Source: Candidatus Kryptoniota bacterium
Lineage (GTDB): Bacteria > Bacteroidota > Ignavibacteria > Kryptoniales > JAKASW01
DNA: 64,000 nucleotides
NCBI GenBank assembly: GCA_046705025.1
Contig: JBJKQU010000043.1
Location: forward strand, 22,611 to 86,610
Direction of reading: 5' to 3'
Part shown: positions 18,958-27,364 of the stretch, one piece after another
Position numbering within the stretch: the first letter of the stretch is position 1
How the letters are laid out: the number at the start of each line of letters is the position of its first letter
Program-made: the position numbers and the translations under genes
Notes under the pieces: generated by a model
What the model saw: only the letters and a program-made list of their open reading frames with translations
What the model was told of the DNA's origin: nothing
Databases searched by the model: none

Positions 18958-19908
18958 TCATATCGCAATCACACCCTTCACAAAACCTTCATTCTTTTTG
19001 GAGGCCGTCTCGAAACCGTGATTGATTTCATCGAGTGAAAACTTATCGGTGACGAGCTGTTCCATCCTGAGTTTTCCGTCTTCCATGAGTCTCAACCCAA
19101 TATTCATCCCCTCAACGTAGATCCTGGGGCTCCTCACATGTCCGTTTATGATTGTGAAGGCCATCCAGTTCCAGTACCCCCAATTCACGCTTCTCGGCTT
19201 GCCCTGGTGGAAACCGAACACCTCCAGCTTTCCCTCCATCTTCACGAGGTCGGTTACGAGATCGAGCGTGGCCTGCCTGCCTGCCGCTTCGACACCGATG
19301 TCCACGCCGTTTCCGTTCGTCAACTCGTGAACTGCAGACTTTACATCTGCCTCTTTAGGGTTCACGACGTGCGTGGCGCCCAGCCCGGCAGCGAGGTCGA
19401 GAGAGCTTTTCCTTGTATCGATGGCAATAAGCCTTCCCACCCCACGGGCTTTAAAAATCTGCAACATGATCAGCCCCATGAAGCCGCACCCCACGATTGC
19501 GACGGCATCGTTCAATTGTGGGTCAGCTTTGCGCACACCATTGGTAGAGCAGGCTATCGGTTCACCGAGCGCATATTCGAACGGGGTGTCCTGCTTCAGC
19601 TTGTAGGCATATTCCGCCTTGATAGCCAGGTACTCTGCATAACCCTTGCCGTCTGCCCAGACTGCTACATGATCGCCAGGAGCAAGGCCTTTTACTCCCG
19701 CTCCCACGGCTTCCACAATTCCAGCAACCTCATGCCCGATGAATCGAGGAAATTCCAGACCGACGGCTTTGCCTTCCCACATGTCCAATTCCGAAGTGCA
19801 GATTCCGCATGTCTTCGTCTTGATCAGTATCTCGTCAGCTTCATACGTCGGCATCGGAACGGACTGAATAGAGAAGTTTCCTGGTTTCTCAAGAATTGCA
19901 GCTTTCAT
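18958..19908 (-). CDS. Zinc-dependent alcohol/polyol dehydrogenase (MDR family)
   Basis: 316 aa. GHEVAGIVEAVG zinc-ligand motif, the CGICTSE region and a GxGxxG-like VGCGFMG. Confidence 0.85.
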   Translation of the reverse strand: MKAAILEKPGNFSIQSVPMPTYEADEILIKTKTCGICTSELDMWEGKAVGLEFPRFIGHEVAGIVEAVGAGVKGLAPGDHVAVWADGKGYAEYLAIKAEYAYKLKQDTPFEYALGEPIACSTNGVRKADPQLNDAVAIVGCGFMGLIMLQIFKARGVGRLIAIDTRKSSLDLAAGLGATHVVNPKEADVKSAVHELTNGNGVDIGVEAAGRQATLDLVTDLVKMEGKLEVFGFHQGKPRSVNWGYWNWMAFTIINGHVRSPRIYVEGMNIGLRLMEDGKLRMEQLVTDKFSLDEINHGFETASKKNEGFVKGVIAI

Positions 19909-19938
19909 TCAAATTCTCGCTTTGCTTTTTTTTTGCCC

Positions 19939-19979
19939 GGGGTCGCCTGCTCAGAACGAGGAAGCCGGCAGGCGGCCCC
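19939..19979. terminator. GC-rich hairpin between the T9SS cargo gene and the ADH gene
   Basis: Arms GGGGTCGCCTGC (19939-19950) and GCAGGCGGCCCC (19968-19979), 12 bp with one mismatch and a 17-nt loop. On the plus strand it is flanked by T9 (19926-19934) and ATTTTT (19980-19985). Confidence 0.4.
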
Positions 19980-20015
19980 ATTTTTCACGCGTTGATATTT
20001 ATCAGAGTATGATCC

Positions 20016-21815
20016 TCATTTCAGGAGAATCATCTTGTTCGTCGCAATGGTCGTCCCGTTTGCAGAGAGTCTGTACAAATAGACCCCGCTGCTCATATTG
20101 CCGGCATTCCACACGACCGAATACTGACCCGGTGTTCTCATCGCATTCACAAGCGTTGCGACCCTCTCACCGAGAACATTGTACACCGTGATCGACACAT
20201 GGGCATCTTTCGGCACCGAATAGTTTATCACGGTCGAAGGGTTGAACGGGTTTGGGTAGTTCTGACTGATCCGGAAACCTGTGGGTACCTTGTTGGTGCG
20301 AGGCGGCTCGTTGATTGCAGTAACAGCACCGTTCAGAGTCAGATGGATGAGACCGAAACTCATCGCGTTGTTCATCACATCTCCGCCTGCCGTTCCGGGA
20401 TTGCTGCTGTCCACGACGCTCCAGGAATAATACGCATAAGCGCCATCGCCGCCGTTTCCGCTCGCATAACTGGAATCAGCGGATCCTCCTCCTATATTGA
20501 ATCCGACCTCATTGTTCAGGACGGCCTGTGGCAGATAGATGGCACTTTCGGTTTTCCATATGTAGTTCACTGTGTCGATAGACTCTGCTATGTACGCAAA
20601 TCCCGTGTCCGAAGCATTGACACCCCAATTCAGCGTGATCCCGTCTTTCCAGATTTTGTAAGCCGTCGCTCCTTTGTCGGGGGCATTCTGCGGCCATCCG
20701 GCATAGCCGTTGTCAATATCCGTGTCGTCAGCGTGGGTACCATCGATGCCGACAAGAATCTGGTTACCCTGCCACGGATTGCCGGCGGTGCCCCAATAAA
20801 ACGGGAGGTATCCCTGGAAGTATGTGTAAACGAAGAGCGTATCCTGAGTCCACAGCACCTTTGCCGTGTGCGTGACATCGACAGTCGGGTGCCCGGAGTA
20901 TGAACCGTTCCAGTATTTGGTGAGGTTGAAACTCGGCGCGTTCTTCCATGCGGCCTCCGTTCCGAGATTGTTGAGGTTAATTGTCCCGGGAGCGACATAC
21001 GGAATGCTGGCGGTTGCTCCTTCAGCGGTTGCGCCGTAGGCGGGAGCGCCAGTCAGGGAAAGTGTTCCGAAGCTCATGGCGTTGTTCATGACGTCTCCGC
21101 CTGCTGTTCCAGGATTGCTTGTGTCTACAACTCCCCACGAGTAGTAGGCATATGAACCGTCACCGCCGTTTCCGCTGGCATAACCCGAGTCCGCAGATGC
21201 TCCGCCTATGTTGAATCCGATTTGATTGCCGGGAGCAGCCTGGGGGAGGTATATGGCGCTCTCGGTCTTCCATATGTAGTTTACCGTGTCGATCGATTCG
21301 GCTACATACGCAAAACCGGTATCGGACGCACTCACGCCCCAGTTAAGAGTAATTCCTCCCTTCCAGATCTTATACGTGGTCGCACCTTTGTCCGGCGCAT
21401 TCTGAGGCCATCCGGCATAGCCGTTGTCGATATCCGTGTCGTCAGAGTGTGTACCGTCGATGCCGATAAGCACCTGGTTACCCTCGTATGGCGCTCCCGA
21501 GTCTCCCCAATAGAAAGGCAGGTACCCCTGGAAGTACGTGTAAACATAGAGCGTGTCCTGAGTCCACAACACTTTTGCATTAGCGGTCACATCGACAGTG
21601 GGGTGACCCGAATAGGAACCGTTCCAGTATTGTGTCAGGTTGAAACTCGGAGCGTTCTTCCAGGCCGATTCCGTTCCGAGATTATTAATGTTGATTGTGC
21701 CCGGAGCAACATACGGTACGTTCACGTTGACCCCGTTGCCGTATGATGTCTGCGCTGAAGCTTGTCCTACACTGAAGAGCAACAAGCAAATGCTCAAGAC
21801 AATAGAGGTCTTCAT
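20016..21815 (-). CDS. Secreted protein with two tandem CBM9-like(?) domains and a type-A T9SS C-terminal sorting domain
   Basis: Signal peptide MKTSIVLSICLLLFSVGQASAQ. Two 238-aa-period repeats. C-terminus NYPNPFNPSTVINYSVPKDAHVSITVYNVLGERVATLV...SGVYLYRL...KMILLK is the classic Por_Secre_tail pattern. AGGAGG lies 6 nt upstream of the ATG. The CBM9-like call is tentative. Confidence 0.7.
   Translation of the reverse strand: MKTSIVLSICLLLFSVGQASAQTSYGNGVNVNVPYVAPGTININNLGTESAWKNAPSFNLTQYWNGSYSGHPTVDVTANAKVLWTQDTLYVYTYFQGYLPFYWGDSGAPYEGNQVLIGIDGTHSDDTDIDNGYAGWPQNAPDKGATTYKIWKGGITLNWGVSASDTGFAYVAESIDTVNYIWKTESAIYLPQAAPGNQIGFNIGGASADSGYASGNGGDGSYAYYSWGVVDTSNPGTAGGDVMNNAMSFGTLSLTGAPAYGATAEGATASIPYVAPGTINLNNLGTEAAWKNAPSFNLTKYWNGSYSGHPTVDVTHTAKVLWTQDTLFVYTYFQGYLPFYWGTAGNPWQGNQILVGIDGTHADDTDIDNGYAGWPQNAPDKGATAYKIWKDGITLNWGVNASDTGFAYIAESIDTVNYIWKTESAIYLPQAVLNNEVGFNIGGGSADSSYASGNGGDGAYAYYSWSVVDSSNPGTAGGDVMNNAMSFGLIHLTLNGAVTAINEPPRTNKVPTGFRISQNYPNPFNPSTVINYSVPKDAHVSITVYNVLGERVATLVNAMRTPGQYSVVWNAGNMSSGVYLYRLSANGTTIATNKMILLK
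20346..21719 (-). repeat. Intragenic tandem duplication (unit 714 nt / 238 aa, two copies)
   Basis: Copy 1 is aa 33-270 (21006-21719). Copy 2 is aa 271-490 (20346-21005). By-eye protein alignment is roughly 85 percent identical (VPYVAPGTININNLGTESAWKNAPSFNLTQYWNGSYSGHPTVDV... versus IPYVAPGTINLNNLGTEAAWKNAPSFNLTKYWNGSYSGHPTVDV...). Confidence 0.85.
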
Positions 21816-21928
21816 ACTTACTTCCTCCTAGGTTTTTGTTTTGTGTCACTGATTCGAATGACGCTTTTGCCTGTGAAAACGAAAAGCACTAAATCGTCCA
21901 TCTTACATTCCGTGTTGAATCCACTATA

Positions 21929-22762
21929 TCAATCCTTCAATCCTGAAAAGGTTATCCCTTTGATGAAATATTTCTGAGCAAAGAAGAAAATCGCCAGGAT
22001 TGGGACCGTGGCGGCGACGGAGGCTGCCATCAGTTTGTCCCATTCCGATGTGTAGCGATCTCGGAACACTGCGAGGCCCAGAGGCACAGTCCTCAGCGAC
22101 TGGGAATTGACCACTATTAGCGGCCACAGGAAGTCATTGAATGCCGCCATGAATGTGAAAACAGCGAGAGCTGCCAAAGCCGGCTTGGCCAGAGGAATGA
22201 TCACTCTCCACAGGACGCCCAACTTGCTGCATCCGTCGATATACGCAGCCTCCTCCAACTCCTTGGGTATCGTCATGAAAAACTGTCTCAGAAGAAACGT
22301 CCCAAAGGCGGAAGCCAGGCCGGGTATAATCAGGGCCTTGTAACTGTTTATCCAGCCCAGCCAATAGAGTATCATGAAGCTGGGAATCATTGTAACCTGA
22401 GGCGGAACCATCATCGTAGCCAGAAAAAGGAAGAAAAGCACATCGCGACCTTTGAACTTCAATCGAGCAAACGCAAATGCGGCAGTAGAACAAGTGATGA
22501 GCTGGCCCAGCGTTACGCAAACCGAGACGAAAATGCTGTTGAAGTAATACCTCCCAAACGGCGCCGCAGCGAAGGCGCGTATGTAATTGTCAAAGTGAAA
22601 CTTTGTCGGGAGAAAAGTCGGAGGCGTCTGGAGTATCTCACCCAGCGACTTGAATGAAGTGAGGATCATCCAAACGAAGGGTGCAACTGTAATCACCGCC
22701 GCAGCGTACACTACGACGTGCAGAAAACCGGACTTGACTATTTTTTTGGTCCTTGGCATCAC
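21929..22762 (-). CDS. Carbohydrate ABC transporter permease (MalG-like)
   Basis: 277 aa, six predicted TM segments, and the EAA-loop region ELEEAAYIDGCSKLGVLWRVIIPL. Confidence 0.9.
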   Translation of the reverse strand: MMPRTKKIVKSGFLHVVVYAAAVITVAPFVWMILTSFKSLGEILQTPPTFLPTKFHFDNYIRAFAAAPFGRYYFNSIFVSVCVTLGQLITCSTAAFAFARLKFKGRDVLFFLFLATMMVPPQVTMIPSFMILYWLGWINSYKALIIPGLASAFGTFLLRQFFMTIPKELEEAAYIDGCSKLGVLWRVIIPLAKPALAALAVFTFMAAFNDFLWPLIVVNSQSLRTVPLGLAVFRDRYTSEWDKLMAASVAATVPILAIFFFAQKYFIKGITFSGLKD

Positions 22763-22777
22763 AACTGTAGTTGTAGT

Positions 22778-23689
22778 TTAAGTGGCGAAATAAACGCGCT
22801 TCTTCATGAACCTGATTTGAATCAGAGTCAGAACGAATATCACAGCGAACAACACGTAGGCTATCGCTGATGCGTAACCCATGTCGAAAAACTTGAAAGC
22901 CTGTTCATAGATGTAGAACACAAGTACCTTGGTCGCACCCAGCGGGCCGCCCGAAGTCAGCACGTATACCAGATCGAAGACCTGGAAGGAACCGATCATG
23001 GACATTACCAGGATGAAGAAGGTCGTTGGAGCCAAGAGCGGGACGGTGATCTTCCAGAACTTGCGCCACGGGCCAGCGCCGTCGATCTGCGCCGCTTCGT
23101 AATATTGATCCGGTATCCCGTCGAGGCCCGCAGAGAAAAGAACCATGTTTATTCCCATCGTCTTCCACACTCCCATTACAATCAAGGCAACCATTGCGGA
23201 GGTGGGGTCATTCAGCCAGTTTATAGGCGGAACACCGAAAAAGTGGAGCACGTAGTTCAGGATTCCGAAATTTGGCTCGTAGATCCATCTCCAGATGACA
23301 GCCGCGGCGACGGGCGAGACGACTACTGGAGCGAAGAAAGCAGTGCGAAGGAACTTCTTTCCCACAAGCTTCTTACTGAGAAGCATTGCCGCACCGAGAG
23401 AGATGACCATATTTAGAGGCACTGTTCCAAGTGTGTATACGAAAGTGTTTTGCATTACCGACCAGAAATCGGCCGAAGTGAAGGCCCTGACGTAATTCTC
23501 AAGACCCACATAATGCATGCTCTGGCTGAACATGTTCCACTTCTGGAAGCTGAGAAAGAAAGAAAAAACGACCGGGAATAGGATGAACACGGAGAATAAG
23601 ATCATGGAGGGCGAAAGAAAGAAGAAGGCGCTCTTCCCGTCACCTTTTCTTCTGTTGCCTTTGACATTCCGCCCGATCCTCATTCGCAA
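22778..23689 (-). CDS. Carbohydrate ABC transporter permease (MalF-like)
   Basis: 303 aa with the EAA-loop region YYEAAQIDGAGPWRKFWKITVPL. Confidence 0.9.
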   Translation of the reverse strand: MRMRIGRNVKGNRRKGDGKSAFFFLSPSMILFSVFILFPVVFSFFLSFQKWNMFSQSMHYVGLENYVRAFTSADFWSVMQNTFVYTLGTVPLNMVISLGAAMLLSKKLVGKKFLRTAFFAPVVVSPVAAAVIWRWIYEPNFGILNYVLHFFGVPPINWLNDPTSAMVALIVMGVWKTMGINMVLFSAGLDGIPDQYYEAAQIDGAGPWRKFWKITVPLLAPTTFFILVMSMIGSFQVFDLVYVLTSGGPLGATKVLVFYIYEQAFKFFDMGYASAIAYVLFAVIFVLTLIQIRFMKKRVYFAT

Positions 23690-23741
23690 ATCTCACCTGC
23701 TGTCGATGATTGCCTTATCTCATCCCGATTTATATAGATGC

Positions 23742-25058
23742 TCAATTTGATTCTCGCTTTTGGAGGAGTTTGTTTGATTTTTCGGCCGCGACATCCAACA
23801 CGCTCTCCGGATTTGCCTTCCCGAGTGTAGCTTTCTCGATAGCTTCCGCTATATTCTGGGTGATCTCGAGTTCATTGTAATCTATAGGCCTGGGGCTACG
23901 CCCATACTTCAGCTCATTGACAAAGACGGCAAATTTCGGATGCGATTTGAGATAGTCCTGATAATTCTTGAGCTGCATGACAGATTTCCGCACCGGAAGG
24001 TAACCGGATTTCATGGACCACAGTGCCTGGATTTCAGGTTTCAGCAGCCACTTGACAAATGTCCAATCAGCTTGCGGATGTTTGCTCTGCTTGAATATTG
24101 CTAGATATTCTCCCCCAAGGATCGTGGCCCTGCCCGCGGGGCCAGCCGGAAGCGGCGCGACTCCCCATGAAAAGTGCGTGAGAATCCTGCGATACCTCGG
24201 CAGATCCCACGGACCGTCCAGTATCATAGCCACATGCTGCGAGACGAATGCCGCATCGTAATCGACTGTGAATCTGCTCTGGTCCTGGTAACTGTAGATT
24301 GATTTCCATAGGCTGAGAGAACTGACGCCGCCCGGGTCACTTACCAGTATCTTGGATTGAGTTGAATTCACCACGTCGCCGCCCCCCTGCCAGAGAAACG
24401 GCATCCATTGCCATTCCATCCACGCGCCCAACGGACCCGCTGCCGGATAGACTGGGACGAAGAAGCCAATCTGCGGACTGCCGTTAACCTTCCTGGTAAG
24501 CTTTTTTGCGTACTGCACAAGCTCTTGCCAATTCTGGGGTCCTTCGTCAGGGTTCAGGCCGGCGTCCTTGAAAAGGTCTTTGTTGTATATGATCGCGAGA
24601 TCCGTTGCTTCCATCGGCATGCTGTAGAGTGTTCCTCTCCAGGATGCGCCCTGAAGCAACGGGACGTAAATATCATTGAGCTCCTGTGAAGTCAGGCCAT
24701 CAGGCCCTTTTATGAAAGTCTTAATCGGGTAGATTGCTTTCGCCTGCACCAAATACTGCAGGAAATCGGAGTGGATCCACGATATGTCGGGGGCGGTTTT
24801 GCTTTGAACACTGGTAATGAGCTTCTGCACCAGTGCATCCCCCGTGGGAACATATTGAGCATCTATCACAATGTTGGGGTGTGATTTTTCGAACGTCGTG
24901 ATGAGAGTATCGAGTGCAGGCACCGTCGAAGAAACGAAGCTGTGCCAGAAGGTTATGGTCACCTTCCCCCCCTTCGCGGAAGTCTGTTTGCCCTTTCCTC
25001 CGCATCCGTAGAGCGCAATTGCGGAACCCAACAACAGCAGTAGAAAACTCTTCTTCAC
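23742..25058 (-). CDS. Extracellular sugar-binding lipoprotein of the ABC transporter
   Basis: 438 aa. Lipobox LLLLGSAIALYGC followed by family-1 solute-binding composition (TITFWHSF...). Confidence 0.85.
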   Translation of the reverse strand: MKKSFLLLLLGSAIALYGCGGKGKQTSAKGGKVTITFWHSFVSSTVPALDTLITTFEKSHPNIVIDAQYVPTGDALVQKLITSVQSKTAPDISWIHSDFLQYLVQAKAIYPIKTFIKGPDGLTSQELNDIYVPLLQGASWRGTLYSMPMEATDLAIIYNKDLFKDAGLNPDEGPQNWQELVQYAKKLTRKVNGSPQIGFFVPVYPAAGPLGAWMEWQWMPFLWQGGGDVVNSTQSKILVSDPGGVSSLSLWKSIYSYQDQSRFTVDYDAAFVSQHVAMILDGPWDLPRYRRILTHFSWGVAPLPAGPAGRATILGGEYLAIFKQSKHPQADWTFVKWLLKPEIQALWSMKSGYLPVRKSVMQLKNYQDYLKSHPKFAVFVNELKYGRSPRPIDYNELEITQNIAEAIEKATLGKANPESVLDVAAEKSNKLLQKRESN

Positions 25059-25082
25059 TGATTCTCCTTCTCGTGCTAGTCG

Positions 25083-25937
25083 CTAAAACTCAAAGATTCT
25101 GAACCAGACGTACCCCGTCGATGAGGGGGCAAAACTGCCGTTCCATGTACTGTCAACCATCCAAACCATGTACACCTGGTTGTGTTGGAATCCGGAGAAC
25201 GGCACTACTTCCGTAGTGTTTGGAGGAGGAACTCCGATGACAACGGGAGAGTGAATATTGTCCGCCAAAGAGTCCGGCGTAACGACATGCCATATCAGGT
25301 TTGTGAACGAACCGAACGACGCCGCGTTGATGCCGATTCTCCGGTACGCATGAGAAGTAGGAGTCCATTCGATTACATATTTGTCCTGGAGCAGTGTCTG
25401 TTCATGCAACACTTTAACGGTAGTGATGAGATTTCCCTCAGAGTCCATCTCCCCGCCGGATTGACCGCGGAGGTATAGCTGCATGGTGACACTTGTATCC
25501 GCGAAGTTATCTTTTGTAAGCGAGGTAGAGTCGAGATTTGAGTTGAAAGCATCGGTCGTTGCCACCCAGAAAGTATATATCTGATCATTTTTCAGGCTGT
25601 CCTGGAGAGTGCCTCCGTAGCTCTCAATCTTCTTCGTGTCTGCCGATGAGCCGTACGTAACGTAGGATGCACTCTTGTAGGTGATGCTGTCGACCGGAGC
25701 ATCCATAAGATAGACCAGCGTTGAATCCAACGCCGGTCTTGTTCCTTCGTTCACGCCGACGGCAGCGACTCTCCCGCCGAGCCATTGGATGTCCGGCGTG
25801 AAGTTTTGGGTAACGGTCACCATCTTCAGACCTCTGGGACCGGCATAGGGAGCCAGCGTGTTAGCCTGGTTGTTGCAGCTAATCGAGAATAGAGGCAGGA
25901 TGGCCGTGACAAGTAGTAATACGAACGATCTCCTCAT
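25083..25937 (-). CDS. Lipoprotein of unknown function with two internally related halves
   Basis: Start set at ATG 25937, giving MRRSFVLLLVTAILPLFSISC (lipobox). The halves share a pattern (IQWLGGRVAAVGVNEG...IYTFWV versus IEWTPTSHAYRRIGINAAS...VYMVWM). It is the first gene after the LacI-type operator and lies 24 nt upstream of the SBP gene. Confidence 0.55.
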   Translation of the reverse strand: MRRSFVLLLVTAILPLFSISCNNQANTLAPYAGPRGLKMVTVTQNFTPDIQWLGGRVAAVGVNEGTRPALDSTLVYLMDAPVDSITYKSASYVTYGSSADTKKIESYGGTLQDSLKNDQIYTFWVATTDAFNSNLDSTSLTKDNFADTSVTMQLYLRGQSGGEMDSEGNLITTVKVLHEQTLLQDKYVIEWTPTSHAYRRIGINAASFGSFTNLIWHVVTPDSLADNIHSPVVIGVPPPNTTEVVPFSGFQHNQVYMVWMVDSTWNGSFAPSSTGYVWFRIFEF

Positions 25938-26026
25938 GATGCATGTCCTTCGCAAATGCACAACTGGGCCGGAAGCACAAGCACAAGCGGGCAATATTAG
26001 CAATATTGGGCACTTCTCCGTCCAGC

Positions 26027-26070
26027 GACGCAAACGTTTGTGCTAACCGAGAAAACTGTTAGGATGTCAA
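26027..26070 (-). promoter_or_regulatory. Candidate promoter plus LacI-type operator for the lipoprotein/ABC operon
   Basis: Minus-strand TTGACA (26065-26070), a weak -10-like TTAGCA (26041-26046) and the pseudo-palindrome GACGCAAACGTTTGTGCT (26027-26044). Its core CAAACGTTTG (26031-26040) is a perfect CG-centred 10-bp palindrome. Confidence 0.5.
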
Positions 26071-26088
26071 AAAAACATGTAATTCAGG

Positions 26089-27135
26089 CTAAGACAAATT
26101 GATTTGAACTAAACGCGGTTTGTCTAGTGAGAGGACAGAATCACGTTCTATCAGCTTGGGGCTCAGCGTTATTCGTCTGATCTCGCCCCTGTTGTGGTTC
26201 TTGATCTTCTCAATAAGAAGCTTTACCGCTACTTCTCCTATTATTTCCTTGGGCTGAGAAATTGTAGTTATCGGAGTGGTGAAGAAATTTACGTGATCAA
26301 TGTCATCGAATGCTATCAGCGACATGTCATGAGGTATGCGCAACCCCTCTTCATTTATTGCCTCCAATGCCCCCAGCGTTATGAGATCACTGGTTGCAAA
26401 GATAGCCGTTGGTCTCTCTTCCAGGCTAAGAAGCATCTTCGCTTCTATGTACCCGCTTTCCTTCCTGAAATCGCGACCAACGATAAGCTTGGAGTCTATC
26501 GGGATCTTGTACGCCTGAAGTGCGTCGGTGTATCCCTTTAGTCGCCCTTTGTTGGTGTATGTGTTGGGCAGACCCTGAATGATTGCTATTCTTTCGTGTC
26601 CGTTCTTGATTAGGTATTCGATGGCCTCGTAAGCTCCCTTATAATTGTCGATTACGACGGCATCCGACAATATATTGTCGAATATTCGGTCCAGCACTAC
26701 TAACGGCATACCCTCCTTAACCACATGTTGAAGGTGAGCGTCGCTCTGGCCGACCGGCATTACGACCATCCCATCGACTCCCTTGCTCATCAGAACCTTC
26801 ATGTGGGCAATTTCCTGGAGCTCGTCTTCGTCGGTATCGCATACAACAAGGCTGTAGCCAAAATCATGAGCCGCACGCTGAATGGCGCGCGTGACCGCAG
26901 CAAAGAATGGGTTAGATATATCAGGTACGATAAGACCTATCGAGTGCGTCCTCTTGAGACGAAGTCCTCGCGCCAACTGGTTGGGGGTGTAGTTGAGATT
27001 CTTAGCCGTCTTCAATACGAGAGCTTCAGTTTTCGAACTGATCCTGTATTTCTTCGTCTTCTTGTTCAGGACTCTCGAGACTGTGGAAACCGAGACGCCG
27101 GCCTTCTCAGCAATATCATCTAAAGTAGCAGCCAT
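26089..27135 (-). CDS. LacI family transcriptional regulator
   Basis: 348 aa. N-terminal HTH ATLDDIAEKAGVSVSTVSRVLN and a periplasmic-binding-protein-like effector domain. Confidence 0.9.
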   Translation of the reverse strand: MAATLDDIAEKAGVSVSTVSRVLNKKTKKYRISSKTEALVLKTAKNLNYTPNQLARGLRLKRTHSIGLIVPDISNPFFAAVTRAIQRAAHDFGYSLVVCDTDEDELQEIAHMKVLMSKGVDGMVVMPVGQSDAHLQHVVKEGMPLVVLDRIFDNILSDAVVIDNYKGAYEAIEYLIKNGHERIAIIQGLPNTYTNKGRLKGYTDALQAYKIPIDSKLIVGRDFRKESGYIEAKMLLSLEERPTAIFATSDLITLGALEAINEEGLRIPHDMSLIAFDDIDHVNFFTTPITTISQPKEIIGEVAVKLLIEKIKNHNRGEIRRITLSPKLIERDSVLSLDKPRLVQINLS

Positions 27136-27171
27136 AAAATCTCATGTTTTGAAAAACGGTCAAAAACGTAC

Positions 27172-27220
27172 TGCGCAATCATTTGTGCAATAATATAATC
27201 CTGCGGTTTCCAGATGTCAA
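27172..27220 (-). promoter_or_regulatory. Near-consensus sigma70-type promoter of the LacI gene with an adjacent pseudo-palindrome (possible autoregulatory operator)
   Basis: On the minus strand: TTGACA (27215-27220), a 17-nt spacer, TATATT (27192-27197). Two nt later comes TGCACAAATGATTGCGCA (27172-27189). This site shares CGCAA..C..TTTGTGC with the 26027-26044 site. Confidence 0.5.
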
Positions 27221-27364
27221 GAGGCAATATGATTTTTTCCTTTCGACATTATTTAACATTGAGCGCGGAGAGGTCGCTGCGCCCGAAGCATCCTTTTCGG
27301 CATTTCCGCCAAAAGTGCTACGACCTCATCCGCCTCTAAACCGGACTACTCCACGGGGTTGGCT

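Noticed and set aside
18827-18961. A 45-codon extension of the TonB receptor whose ATG overlaps the ADH stop (ATGA), considered as a translationally coupled true start.
   Set aside because: The extension (MKTVCTEISFSDEAVCGAVFKGG...) precedes rather than forms the signal peptide and has no TBDT counterpart. It is kept as an open alternative in the feature note.
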